Shown here one piece after another: positions 1-12,800 of a DNA stretch of 64,000 nt. The DNA is taken from positions 15,624,001-15,688,000 of the forward strand of contig OZ059895.1 of the NCBI GenBank assembly GCA_964057225.1. The letters run 5' to 3'. A program made the translations under genes and the position numbers. The notes beneath the pieces are model-generated. The model saw nothing but the letters and a program-made list of their open reading frames with translations. It did no database searches and was not told where the DNA came from. Positions within the stretch are counted from its first letter, which is position 1. Every line of letters starts with the position of its first letter. The stretch is from Auanema rhodensis (Eukaryota > Animalia > Nematoda).

Positions 1-718
1 AACTTTATTTCTATTAAGCTCGTGTGCTAGGTATCTCGAACTTTACAACCTATTCTCTCTCATTAATTTTATTATTTTCAACAATTTTCTTATTTCTTTA
101 TTGCATATTCCCATACGTGATTATATACTTCCTTTTCATTATTCTCATTTTTCCAAAAAAAAAGTTTAAAAAATAAAAATATATATTGGTTTTGGTAGTT
201 TTGAATTACTATTATCATAAGCAAAGAGCTTAAAACAGTAGTCATAGGATTATATTTAAAGCTGATTCTGTTGAAAATTCTATGATAAAGTGCTTCTAGA
301 GGTATGGAGAGGCTTCAAAAATTGCCGTCCTGTTATCAAATACGGATGTGCTATCATCGATAGAGCATACAATAGACGATTGCTTGCCATCTTAGTCAGA
401 GGTTTAGCGAACAAATCAATAAAAGAATATAATTTGGTTGCATAACAGAGAGATCATCAGAAAAGTAATATTATATATTATCATTGGAAAATAATATGTT
501 CATATTCTCTTGTTTTCTCTCCTTTCATATTATTATTGTTTTTCTCTTTTTCTCTGCTCCTCTTTCTTCCTCCCTTCATCACATTTACTCTTATTCTCTC
601 TCTCTATCTCTATCTCTCTTTCTCTATTTTTCTTTTTCTTCTTTCGTTCTTTCTTTCATTCTTTCCTTCTTTGATTTCATCACAAATTATGAATTACTTA
701 CCTAATTTGGTTTTAGTG

Positions 719-3700
719 ATGGGCCAGACCAATTCACAGTTACCAGAACATGAGCTGGACCAACTCAGCATCGAAAGCGGACGTAAGTTCTATCACTCGA
801 TTCTTGTCTTTCTTCCAATTATATATTTAAAATCTGAAACTTGTATGTTAAAATAGATATTTTTCAAGAAATAATACTAATAAGAATTTAAAAATACAAT
901 TAAAATTGCTGGTAAACATAAGAGATATTGAAAATTTGGTTCTAGTGCAAAGGATGATTTCGAAGAATTTTAATTTGTCTTTCTGCATCAAACAGTCGTG
1001 CAAAATTTGAAAAAAAAAAGAGAAAAAGAAGAAGAAGAAGAAGACGAATTATTCTTTCTTGTTAGCTCAGGTAGTAAATGAAGCTGAGAAGATGATGAAA
1101 AAGATCGAGAATGAGAGTCATAAATACATTAAGTCATCATGCTAATCTGTCAGAATATGTGACAACTTGCCTCCATCTTTACCCATTTCCAATAATCAAA
1201 AGTTCCTTAGGTGCTTAGGAAGTAAATTTTTAATAATATTCTGAGGAAAAGTGCTATATATTGCGTTGTATGAATGATGAGAGATTTCTGTGATTTTTAA
1301 TGTTTTCTTGTTATTTGCTTTCTTATTATTTTTGATTGCGGGGGGAAAAAGGAGTAAAAAATAGTTTACTACTTGGCTGAAGAAAGCATGTCACACGTTG
1401 TATAAGCATGTGCCTATTTCTTATTTGGGGCTTGAATTCTACAACTATCAGTACAGCTGTCAATTTCCATTTATGGCTCATAAAACTCATCCAAATATAT
1501 TAGAAGATAAAATAGATGAAGCTATTCATTCTAATATAAATAACTATTTTTACATTTAATGTGAACGAGTTATATATCATGTGCTATTTAGGTTGAGAAA
1601 GCTTCTCGTTCATTCGTTAGGTGAGTAGACCAGAGCACCAATGATATAAAGACACAAAAAAGAGAGGAATGAGGAAGTGATAATGAGTAAGAGGGAGTGC
1701 GGAAAATTTAAAAGGTTTACGGATGGGAATGATAGATGGAGATGTGAGAGACGGAGAGTTAAATGAATGCAACAGGTCTGCGCTACTTCACTGCTAGAGA
1801 ATGTGCTCTGATTTCACGTGTGGTGTATGCTATGCTCGTTCACGCCTCACGTGAAATACGTGATTGAATTTCATGTGAATAATACAGTATACCTGTAATC
1901 GTGGATGGTGTATGTGTGTGTGTGTGTGTATGCTGGTAAAAGATAGAGCATGAATGAGAGAATAGAGAGAAATATTGAAGGAAAAGTAAGTTTTTTATAT
2001 AAAACATATGATTCTTCTTATGAGAAAGTTAAAGGGGAAAGGAAAATGAGAGACAATGAAAGAGCAAAAAAGAGCAAAAATGAGAATGAAAGACAAAGAA
2101 AAGAAGCTGAAATGTAGTCATAACACATTAGGGAATACTTCATATTTCTTGCAATTTATGGAACTTTATCATTTTTGAATAATCAAAAAGTTGTAGCATA
2201 TAGCAAAGCTTAGCTGAAACCGAGGAAGAGAAGTTAAATTAGATCCCAATTAAGCATGATTGTTTAATATATTTATATAACAAATAATAACAAAAATATA
2301 AAAAGCTATTTACGGCAAAAATTATCTTTTCTTCTTTCTTTTTTTTCTTTTTTTGACAAAAAAAATGAAATAATGGAAAACTATGGGAAAATATTTCAGT
2401 TTCACGATCAGGAATTCTAACTCTGTATCAACGATTCTCTCATCTGGCTACTCATTTAGATAAAACATCCAATGAAGCTTTTCTAACGAAACATGATTTT
2501 ATGGTTAGTTCATTATGAAAACCTAACTTTTCTTCTAAACTTTTTTTTTTCAGAGTATCTCTGAATTACAACAAAATCCATTAGGAAACAGAATTATCGA
2601 TGCTTTTTTCGCTGATGCTGAGTATGTTTCTCTATAAAAAAACTTTGAATATATAGGAAGAAGTGAAAAAGAAAAAGGAAAAGAAAGAGAAAGTAGAATA
2701 TTCGGATACATTTTTGATTTTTTTTTTTGAATTACTGAATATACATGTATGTATGTAGATTTGAAGTCAAGACAACGCTAATTCTTGTTGAAATTTTTGG
2801 GTGAAAGTTGTGTCCGTATTTTCATTATCTCACGAAGTTAGATAACAAATAATTGAGATTGATTCGAAGAATAGCAAATGAAATTATGGAAAGGTGAGTA
2901 GTAAGTGAGAAGATGTGAAATAAATTTGAAAATTAGTGAACATAGATATCAATAGCTAATGAACAAGATGATGCTACAAGATGTGCCAACTGTTATTTTC
3001 CTTTCGTCTCTGAATACAACCTGCTCTTGTTGCTGCTGACTCAACAACTCTTTTGACTTGAAAGACTGACTAGGAAATTTACGAAATGTCATTTAAAACT
3101 TGAACTTTTACTTCAGCAAATCAGCTTCAATTTAGATTTAAATGAGTTGGAAAAGATTTTGGGGGGAGGGGAAGAGAAGCTGTCATGTCTTAAACATGGT
3201 CGTATGCTTTATCTCAAGGACAATATCTAGCAACTTTTTGGGTTGTAGAAGGAAGAATGATTTTTTAAAAATTCCACTTACTTATTTGACCACTTTTTAA
3301 ACAATGTATTCGTTCAGGCGTAACATATCTCTTATAGTCATAGTACAGAGTGAAAAAGTTTTTGGAAGTTATGCCGGATAAAAGATTGAAAACACATGAA
3401 AATAGAAAAAAAAAGTAGATGTTAAGCCTAAAGCTTTCATTCAGAATTTGAAAAATGTGAATTGCGAGAGTTCTTTAATATAGTTGAATCCTCTAGTTAG
3501 TATCCGCTTTGAAAGTGATTCCACTACGTCATACTTAGAACTTTAATGGAAGGAAAATTCACTAGTTGCACTGAAAATTTGTAAAAAAAATGGAAAAAAA
3601 ATAAAACAAAGCTAATTGCAGAGTTGGAGAGCGTCGTAAGCTTTATTTCCGCGATTTTGTCAAGGTTTTGAGCCATTTCCGCCCAATAAACAAGAACAAG

Positions 3701-4258
3701 CCGCATCCATGGAATAGCCGTGAAGCCAAACTGCGATGTAGGATAAGCCAGTTTGATTTAAAGTTATTTCTTTTATGCTTTTTCAGTTGCATTTACCATG
3801 TATGACTTGGATAAGAGTGGAACTATTACAAGGCATGAATTCCGTGAGATTTTACAAGTAAGTTTTCATAAGAGGATTATCATCCTTAATATCTTTTGTA
3901 TAAATATTATTATTTGTTTAAATTCTAAGTATTGATATGTATAGATGATGATTGGTAATAATGTTCCGGCTGAGCAAGTTGACTCCATTGCAGCCAGAAC
4001 TATGCGTGAAGCTGATCGTGATGGCGACGGCTGCATCACCTTTGCCGAGTTTTGTAGTGTAAGTTGTTATAAGAAGTTACGAACTAGCGAGAAGATATGG
4101 CGAGATATCGAAAGATATCAAGAGATTTTCGGCTTGTTTATGCTGTGTTATGCCTGATCTGGAGCCAAATTTGAGAATAGCGGTGATAAATTACACAATT
4201 TCAGGCTATGGACAAGACTGATATCGAACAGAAGATGTCATTCCGCTTCCTCACATAA
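719..4258 (+). CDS. pbo-1: Calcineurin B homologous protein (CHP), EF-hand Ca2+-binding
   Basis: 7 exons (719-782, 2400-2503, 2554-2621, 3622-3737, 3787-3857, 3945-4058, 4205-4258) splice in frame. Protein MGQTNSQLPEHELDQLSIESGLSRSGILTLYQRF...YDLDKSGTITRHEF...ADRDGDGCITFAEF...KMSFRFLT*. N-myristoylation-type MG start and two canonical EF-hand loops. TTTTAG acceptor just before the ATG. Confidence 0.92.
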
Positions 4259-4786
4259 CTCACTCTGCTCTGATCGCATCCGCAAGTATTTGACATTTTT
4301 GAGAAATGAAAGAAAGAAAAAACAAACATTATTATGTGTTTTGATGTATATATATACATTTCCAATGAATAAATATTATATATTTTCTTTTAAAGTTAGT
4401 GCAGACCGATAAGTTCAACATTAATGATATTGTTGATGTAATGCTGGGCCTAGGTCTAACCCATTGTTACATGCCTGCCTGTTCAGCGTTGAAGTTCAAA
4501 TGAATGAATGAACTACACCAAGCGAGAACGAAGAGAAATAAGAGTATTACGTGACTGCTACCACATTTCACATCATTCAGCCATTGAAGACGTGAAAAAT
4601 ACAACAAAAGTCTGATTGCCAATTGTAATTGTGTGAAAGTCATGTTCACCGGAGTTTTCGCTTTATAGGACAGATAGCATTTTTGTCATCACGGTTTATA
4701 TTTTGATGTATATAAATTGACTTTATTATCAATATTTCTGTATATTCTATCGTTTCTTGTTCTAATTTCTATTTTGAATCTTTAGA

Positions 4787-6117
4787 ATGCCTTCTAAAGT
4801 TAGCAAAATCGCTATCGTTCAGGCAGGAACTATTCTATTCGATACTCCTGCTACACTCAAGAAGTTGGAGGAATATGCAACTGAGGCCAAGGAAAATAAT
4901 GCTGATTTAGTCCTCTTCCCAGGTATATATTACGTTTTTCGCTCAAATCTCATCACTTTTGTTGTTTTCCTGTTGTTAGAAGGATTTGTTGGCGGATATC
5001 CGAAGCTATCGGATTTTGGAGTTGTCTTGGGAACTAGAACGAATGAAGGAAGAGAAGAATACGCAAAGTACATATAGTAATCGTACTTCAATTGATATAT
5101 CACTCGAATTTAGATATTATGATTCAGCTATTGAAGAGAATGGCTCTGAATGTCAATTCATTGAAAGTCTAGCCATTTCTCTTAATATGCACATCGTTAC
5201 GGGTGTTATTGAGAAGTGCTCATCATCACTCTTCTGCTCGGTAGAACTTGCGCATATCATATCCTATTCATTCTTTCTTTGAAGGTATTCTTCTTTGGTC
5301 CCGGGGGATATCTTGGAAAACATCAGAAACTTCTTCCAACAGCTATGGAAAGAAGTATCTGGGCTAACGGTGATGCTAACACCATGAAGGTTCAATTGAA
5401 ATATTTATTATTAATACAAGATTTTTCAGGTTTTCGACACTAAGCTTGGCAAAATCGGGGCTGCTATTTGTTGGGAAAGCTATATGCCATTGTACCGTTT
5501 CTATCTATATAGTCAAGGTATCATGCAAACACTCATTGTTCTCAAGTTTCAAGCTGTTTTGCAGAAATTGAGATTTACTTGGCGCCAACTGTTGACGATC
5601 GCGATGTTTGGCTATCAACTATGAGAACTGTTGCTTTGGAAGGAAGGTAATAACGGATTGATAGAAACCTTGACTTTAATTTCCGTTATTTTCGTTTATA
5701 GATGCTATGTAGTATCCGCTTGTCAGTTTTTGAAAGGCTCAGATTTTCCGGAAGATCACAAGATTCGACAAACTCATGGCGATGAAAAGGTAAAAACATG
5801 TTAATTCTATGGATACATCTAAACACATCTTCACAGATTCTCATAAGAGGCGGTTCCTGTGCAGTAGATCCACTAGGAAATGTTCTAGTAGAGCCAGACT
5901 TTACTAAGGCTATGGTTAGGTAAAGCGTGCACTTTCCATCAGATTTCTATATTTCTAATCTTTCAGATATGTTGATGTGGACTTGTCCGCCAATGTTAAG
6001 GGCAAATTTGATTTGGATACTGTCGGCCATTACAATAGACCTGATGTGTTCCAATTACATGTAACAAAGCAATCATCAAAGCTTAAAAATGGAATAATTG
6101 AAAATAATCAAAATTGA
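4787..6117 (+). CDS. nit-1: Nitrilase (carbon-nitrogen hydrolase branch 1, plant-nitrilase-like)
   Basis: 9 exons (4787-4922, 4980-5067, 5114-5240, 5285-5389, 5430-5517, 5565-5646, 5702-5789, 5837-5919, 5967-6117). Catalytic triad motifs [11 protein letters not shown] (E), GKHQKLLPT (K), [13 protein letters not shown] (C); C-terminal [17 protein letters not shown]. Confidence 0.88.
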
Positions 6118-6531
6118 ATGTATAGAACTGTCACATGATAAATAAATATTATTTTATACTGGTTTAAACAACCTTTTTTTAAATGCAAATCAAGTGTTTG
6201 ATAGTCATAATAAAGATCTTTCAATTTTAATCTTTATTAATTAATTGTTATTAATTAAATTCATTTATTTCAAGCCTATTAGGTATTCTTGAAACTTTTT
6301 AAAATAAAAATCGCGTACGTGATAGTGCGTAATGAGTCTTATTTTCCGAATACTGACTATATTGAGCAGTTGCATTTATTTCAAATTTTAAAAATATTGT
6401 TTTTCTTAGTATTTTCTTTTTTCCCACAACAATTATTTATTAAATGTTTACATTTATTTTTTTGCTGTTTCTCATTAAATTCTATTCAAAAAAAGATAGG
6501 AATGATACTTATATTTTGGTATTTTTAGAAA

Positions 6532-6991
6532 ATGCGGTTGAGCAGATTAGTTTGTGCTCTTTCACCTAAGTTTTTACCTTCAAGGGAGAGAATAATATTT
6601 AAATCCAAAAAAGAAGCTTTTAAAGATTTTTCGAAAGTAACAGGAGCTAATATACTATGGCAAGTAGGGCTTGCGGTTCTCCTATAGTAAGTGAATTCAA
6701 TCATCATCCTTCATTATATTTTCTGTTTTAGTGAATTTGGATTCCCTACCGCGGATATAATGTATGATTTCAAGAAAGTTATATCACCAGATTTTAATTT
6801 ATATTGTAAATACGGAGAGCTTGCAGAATACAGAATCGATTTTGAGAATAAGCTTCGATCGGTGCAAAGGTTTGTGGCGTCTTCGGTGAATTTTCATGAT
6901 AAAACTGAATTTATTCAGGGAAGAACAACGATACAGAGAAAAAGGAGCAGAAGAAAAGTCCCCAGAAGCTAGATTTGGAGGACTTATTTAA
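6532..6991 (+). CDS. Small (~120 aa) single-pass membrane protein, possibly mitochondrial; function unknown
   Basis: TTTTAG-AAAATG start; 3 exons splice in frame: MRLSRLVCALSPKFLPSRERIIFK...ILWQVGLAVLLYEFGFP...EEKSPEARFGGLI*. Basic, acid-poor N-terminus and one hydrophobic segment. Confidence 0.65.
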
Positions 6992-7198
6992 TTTTGTTAC
7001 ATTTAAATTTAATATTATTAGGAATTTTTCTTGAAATAGTTAGTTTACATTAGGTCAGTACTGAAACGGGTAATTAATGAAGATTTCTTTTTTAACTTTA
7101 CTTGATTCTATTTTTTATGACGATATCATCGTTTAAATTCTTTTAATTATTTCAAATTACTTTTTAATAGCATATTTTAAACAGGGGGACCTCGCAAT

Positions 7199-8630
7199 AT
7201 GGAAAAAACAAAGTAAGCTTTTTCACGTTTCTGCGTTATTGAAGTTGTATTGCTTTTTAGAAAAAAGTTTTACAATGATCGTGTGGATCCCTCTCAAGTT
7301 AAAATTTTGATGTGTTTTCATTGCGGTGAACAATTCACATCAAATGCCAATTATCAAAGGCATATAATATATGAACATCAAGCAATATCCTTATGTTACC
7401 AGATTTATCACAACGAAGTTGTGTTCGAAGTACGTTTTTACGCATCTGTTTAATATCTATATTCAAATATTTCAAGAAAAATGCAAAAAAACGAATAGCA
7501 AAGGAATCAAAAAAGAATAGAGAGCTGAAATCTCGTGAAGTCAGGCCAGAAGGAATATCTCAAAGGAGGGCTACTGATTCCAAATTAGGTATTTTGTTAA
7601 TTAATTAACTCCATCATTCTTGCTGCCTTTTCTTAGAAAATTACAAAAAATCTCATGAATACATAAAGGAAAGAGCTGAAGCTAGGAGAAATGCTAGGCG
7701 TGAATATGATAGGAATAGAAGACAAGAAAAAGCTATGATAGCACGGTAAGATTACATTATTTGGATTCCTGTTTTACGAATTTGTTTCAGTGCAATGGAA
7801 AAACGGGCTGCTATGGCTAATGAACTTGAGCCTGCTCATAAAAGGATGAAGGTAATTTTTCAAGTTCCTCCCTCATCCATATCCGAAAGTCATTTTTATT
7901 TTGAGAACAACCGCGTAAGCATCCAAATAACGTTAAAATAACATATTCACGTGGAATGTTCACGTAACTAAGAAGAAAAAATAATTTGCTTATTAATAGC
8001 TTTATTCATGTTTTTTTCTATGTTCAGCCAACTCAAGAAGATTTAATAGAAGTTAAAAACTACGTATCTGAACCATGCAATGATCGATGTCGTCTATGTG
8101 AAGCATCGTTCATGGAAAGAAGTGGTGAAAGTCTAGTAGACCATTGTATGCTTCATTTGAATTCGAAGTTTTATCTTTTGTTTGTGTTTTTAGATGTAAA
8201 AGTTCATAGATCAGCTATTAAAGCTATGAATGTTCATTTGTATAAAGATAAAAACTTCCTAAAAACCAGGGTAAGCTTCATTATTTAACGTTCCAGTTAT
8301 AATTTCTCAAATTCAGAATTCGCCTCCGGGAAATGTTTGTATGATATGTAATCTGAAAGTCATTGAAACATCAACAGAGTAAGGATTTGAATAAGAGATA
8401 TGACTTAATTTTCTTGTTTCAGATATTTCCATCATCTGACTCAAAATCATTTGGACATGTTGATCGAGAAAATGAGCAAGCAGACCGAAGTAGATAATAT
8501 GGTGATCGAGCTTGAAATGGCTTTAAGGTTAGTAATTATAGTAATATGTTTAATATATTTTATTCGAAACTTTAGCAACGGGACACTCCAATCCGTAAAA
8601 ATCCTGATTAAAGTTCTCAAACAAATATAA
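7199..8630 (+). CDS. C2H2 zinc-finger protein (three dispersed fingers plus a basic coiled-coil/NLS region)
   Basis: Spliced fingers CFHCGEQFTSNANYQRHIIYEH, CRLCEASFMERSGESLVDHYVKVH and CMICNLKVIETSTEYFHHLTQNH; K/R/E-rich linker; about 10 exons with short introns. Confidence 0.75.
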
Positions 8631-8805
8631 TATGCGACACATTGATTTTAATTTATTTGTAGATAATAATTGTTGTTTGTTGATATTTAAATATGTAAAG
8701 TACTGTATCATAATCTTTATTAATTGAGTATTTTTCTAATGTACAATACTTTTTGTTAATAAACCTACCTCATATTATATGCCAAATATTGTTTTTTTAC
8801 AGAAA

Positions 8806-9426
8806 ATGAACTTCAACTTACCAAACTTTTCAGTCATCATTTCAGAAGATGAGGTTGTAAATTTTCTGTTTCAAGTATCTTCGGAATGGCAAATACATAA
8901 CAGAATTATACATTGGAATAGACCTCATAGACTCAGAAAGTTTCAATCATGCCTTCTTTCTTTGTTTTAATTCTTTTGGATTTAGTGCTCCAATGGTTCC
9001 CGAGGATTTTTTATATGACCCGATTAGATTACAAAGAATATTTTTTTACTATGGAAGTCAGTATGCTATGAAAACGGCGTGTGAAACAGCTTTTGATCCC
9101 AGTTATCGTAAAAATTTGGATTGTTTGATAGTATTAATCATTTATTACTTAGTTTTTTGGTCAGGTTACAAGTTTTAGGTTGAATACCCTGATATAACAC
9201 ACAAAGGAGCTTTAGCAGTATTGTTAGGGGTTCTATGTCAATTTAGCAAAAACGAAAGAAAAGCTTTAGTAATTATGAAAGAGGTAAGAATTGTTCTACA
9301 GCATAGTCCGCAACTGAAAACACGGTTCTTCAGAAACAATATGTAAATTTGATCTCCATGTATACAACTAACATTTTTGAGCTGAAGGGTGATAATTTAA
9401 TACGGTTATCATGTGATGTCGCTTGA
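8806..9426 (+). CDS. Uncharacterised ~160 aa protein
   Basis: TTTACAG-AAAATG start; 4 exons with 45-50 nt introns splice in frame (MNFNLPNFSVIISEDEVV...VEYPDITHKGALAVLLGVLCQF...LIRLSCDVA*). No family recognised. Confidence 0.55.
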
Positions 9427-9834
9427 AACTAATATCAAAAAATCAATGTTTTATAAAATATTTATTGAATTTTTGTTTTTCTTTCAAATATGAAATAAGG
9501 CGCTTTTGCCGTTATACTCGCATGCACATATAAAACTTTAGTAAGGCAGTTTCTGCCTATGAAATAAGTGAACTTGATTTGAGTGATATAGCACAAAATG
9601 CACATAAAAGGTAAAACAACTCTGAGTACAAAATAAAAATAATATTAAATTCACCCTTTTTTGTCAATATACACAGCTAGATAATCTATAAAGAGCACCT
9701 GTGCAGAAAGCTTTGGAGGATTTGAGCAAGAGGTGCGTTTGGTCTCTGTCATTATAATATGTGTCATGGATGAATAGCATTAATAACAATTATAAAAACA
9801 ATAATAAAAGGCCTAACTGAAGCTTCTAACGGTT

Positions 9835-12800
9835 TTACATTTCCGATTGAGCCCATTGTTCTCGTTCGTGTCTTAGTTCAGCTCTTTGCAGAGAGGGCTC
9901 GCCTACACGTTTTCGTTTGAAGAAGCCACATTTCCATAAGCAGAGTGTGAATAAAAGGAAGATGAAAAGCCCAGCGGCTACTGAAGCTAAGATAACCCAA
10001 AGTGGTATGGGTCGAGAGTCGCCTGAAATAGTTTAATATGAGTATACGATTTTCAAATAATACAAATACCGATTGATGGTCGATCAGGATAGGCTACTGT
10101 TTTAGCATAAGCCATATTATTTGATGGGTCATCTTCAATTCCTTGAGTACTATCTAATACAATTCTTCCCGATGATATTACTTCAACATACTCCACATCG
10201 TAATAATCCTAAAACAATTATCAAATTCATGAACGGAAATTGACGATGAGCTTACATCAACGAATGAAGAATTCCATAAGCGAGCTCGGAAATCAATCAC
10301 TGGGGCGGAATTAGCATCAATGAAGTCGAAATGACATACTACACTAAAGCATTTGGCAGTCTTATCCGCACAACTCTGCAATTTCAAATTAAAAGAATTA
10401 TTCAAGAACTTCCATTTTCAAAAGCGCTTTCACGCCATAAGCCGTCTTATATGCTAATGAACCGTTATACACTAGCGCGGGCTTACGTGAAAAGCATGCC
10501 ATTTTAAGAAATTAAACAAAGAAAAGCGGTTGTATCCAAAAAAACATAACGTATGTTTTCATTGATTAACAACAATTTTTTCAGTGAACTCACAATCGTC
10601 ACAACATTAATGTTGTATCCATTTTCAAGACGTTCCTTTGGTTGAATTCGATCCCGACTGAAACCAGCACGGGCTAGTGTTTTCTCCACAACGGATTCAG
10701 TATCTCTCTGAGAAATTTATAATTGATTTGGACTCAAGTTACGCAGGTACGAACCTTCATTCGTTTTTCTTGTTTATCTCGAACTGTTTCTTGGGTGGTA
10801 TATTTCGTATTGAGTTTTATATCAATTGGATTGATGTATTCGAGTTTTCTTTCCACGGAACATCTAGTAAAAGATATATTGCAAGGTTAAGCAATGTAAG
10901 CAATACCTTCTGATATCCAAAGAACCATCAGTATTATGAATAGTAACTGTTGGAACATCTAGTAAATATAATGCCCATTTCCCCTTTGTTCGACCAGATT
11001 CGATTTGATATGGCCATTCAAATTCTGCACGAACATTACGAACAGTCCATGGACCCAAGTTATGAACGGTATAGTTATGGCGAACCATAACTCCGATATC
11101 TTCTTCGAGTTCCATAGGACCACTGCTATGTTCTCCATAACGGATAAGAGAAGGCTCACTAATACCAATCATTTCAAGCTCAGCTTTCTTGATGATTTGA
11201 ACTTCGGTAGTCCATTCATTATCCTCTGCAATTGTTATATAGTTGCATAGATTCAGAATAGGTATTACCAATATTAGTTTCCTGGGAGGTAGAGTTTACT
11301 ACGGCTTTGAATATTAACGGCCTTCCGATACCTTCAGTACGACCACGAACGAGTTTGAACCGGATATCGAAATTAAGCTAAATTGAAAATTAGTTTCGAG
11401 GATTATGTGAGAAATCAATTACCTTAGCATTTCCATCCATTGGGTTGCCAAGGTGTACAACTAGATAATTCTTTCCTACTGTTTCGTAAGTAAGCTTTTT
11501 CGATCCTATAACAACAAGATTAAGCTCATTCTCTCATATTTACGATTTCATACCAACGACAGTAGGCAATTCCAATTCCTCGGAATCAAAAAGAAGATAT
11601 AGGCCAGCTTGATAAGCTTTTTCCGCTTTGTTTTCAACTTTCACAGAAATGTCAAGATGATCCTTATTTCCAACATTCATGACGTATCCTTTCTCGGTTC
11701 TAGAAATATTTTACATAAATATTTTTTTTCACAACAAAAATCAAAGACTGTGATGAAGATGAGAATAAAAATGAACTCACTTAGGAATTCCCGCAAATAC
11801 GGCTTGCAATGAAAGATCAGTTTTACAAACATGGTCATCACCACAACGAGTATTGAATGGAACCTAAAGAATGTATGAATTAAGAGAGTATGACAAGAAT
11901 ATATGTGCCTCGAATTCATAACTTGCTCCATACTTATTGAGCATTGGATACTGTCTCAAATCAGTTAATGGTCTACCTTCAATAGCTTGAGGAGGAGTAC
12001 GCTCATTCTATAAAAGCATTATTATTGCATCAGATATTAAGCTTAAAAAGCCTACCATGATACGAACAGTAAATCGGAATTTCAAAGGATTAATCCAATC
12101 TTTAGAAACGTCATTATCCTGAAAAGCTGATGATAAGATAAGATAAATATATTTTTTTCTGGCAATGCAATAACAAAAAGCTTAATTAACGTTTTGCGCT
12201 ACAAATTAAACACAACTCATAACCCACTTTATGGTGGCGTATTTTGTGGCTTTGCTATAAGAGGTTAAAACTTATGTATTTGGAAAGAAAAGTGGAAGAT
12301 AGTATAAAAGAATCTTACCGGAATGTAAATCACTTGTCTATACTGTCTCTTCTTGTTATGTGCTCCTTGACCACATGGCCAACTCATATTGACTGAGTGA
12401 TTTCCTTCTATCAATGATCTCGTTCCAACACCTTTGGAAGCTGGTACAACCTGAAAATTCTCATGCTCAAAAGAGTCAGAATGCACGAATATACCTCCAA
12501 ATTGCACGTGAAAACATTTGATGAAAAATCAACCAAATCTGCTCCACGAGTGCTTTCAGAGTCGACAAAGATTTCCAAATTCAACGGAAAGCAGGTTTTC
12601 GAGCCACGGGGACAACTGGATCCTTTCTCAATATCTACGTACTTGGTGTCGGTTTTATGACTAGCAACAATAGAAATGACTGGACGAGACCTTGAAAAAT
12701 AGTGTCTATCTTTGAATGATATATACTCTACGTACCTCAAGATAGTAATAGAGTTCTGAAGAACAGAACCAACTACCAAATCGGGATATCCGTTACTATC

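Noticed and set aside
484-705. Hydrophobic F/L/S-rich ORFs (also 32366-32548, 34219-34473, 50314-50564, 58652-58917)
   Set aside because: They are translations of (CT)n, (GAA)n or pyrimidine tracts, with no splice structure or family motif.
8866-8873. CTGTTTCA (piRNA Ruby-motif core)
   Set aside because: Single occurrence inside a predicted coding exon; I saw no clustering of the motif in the window.
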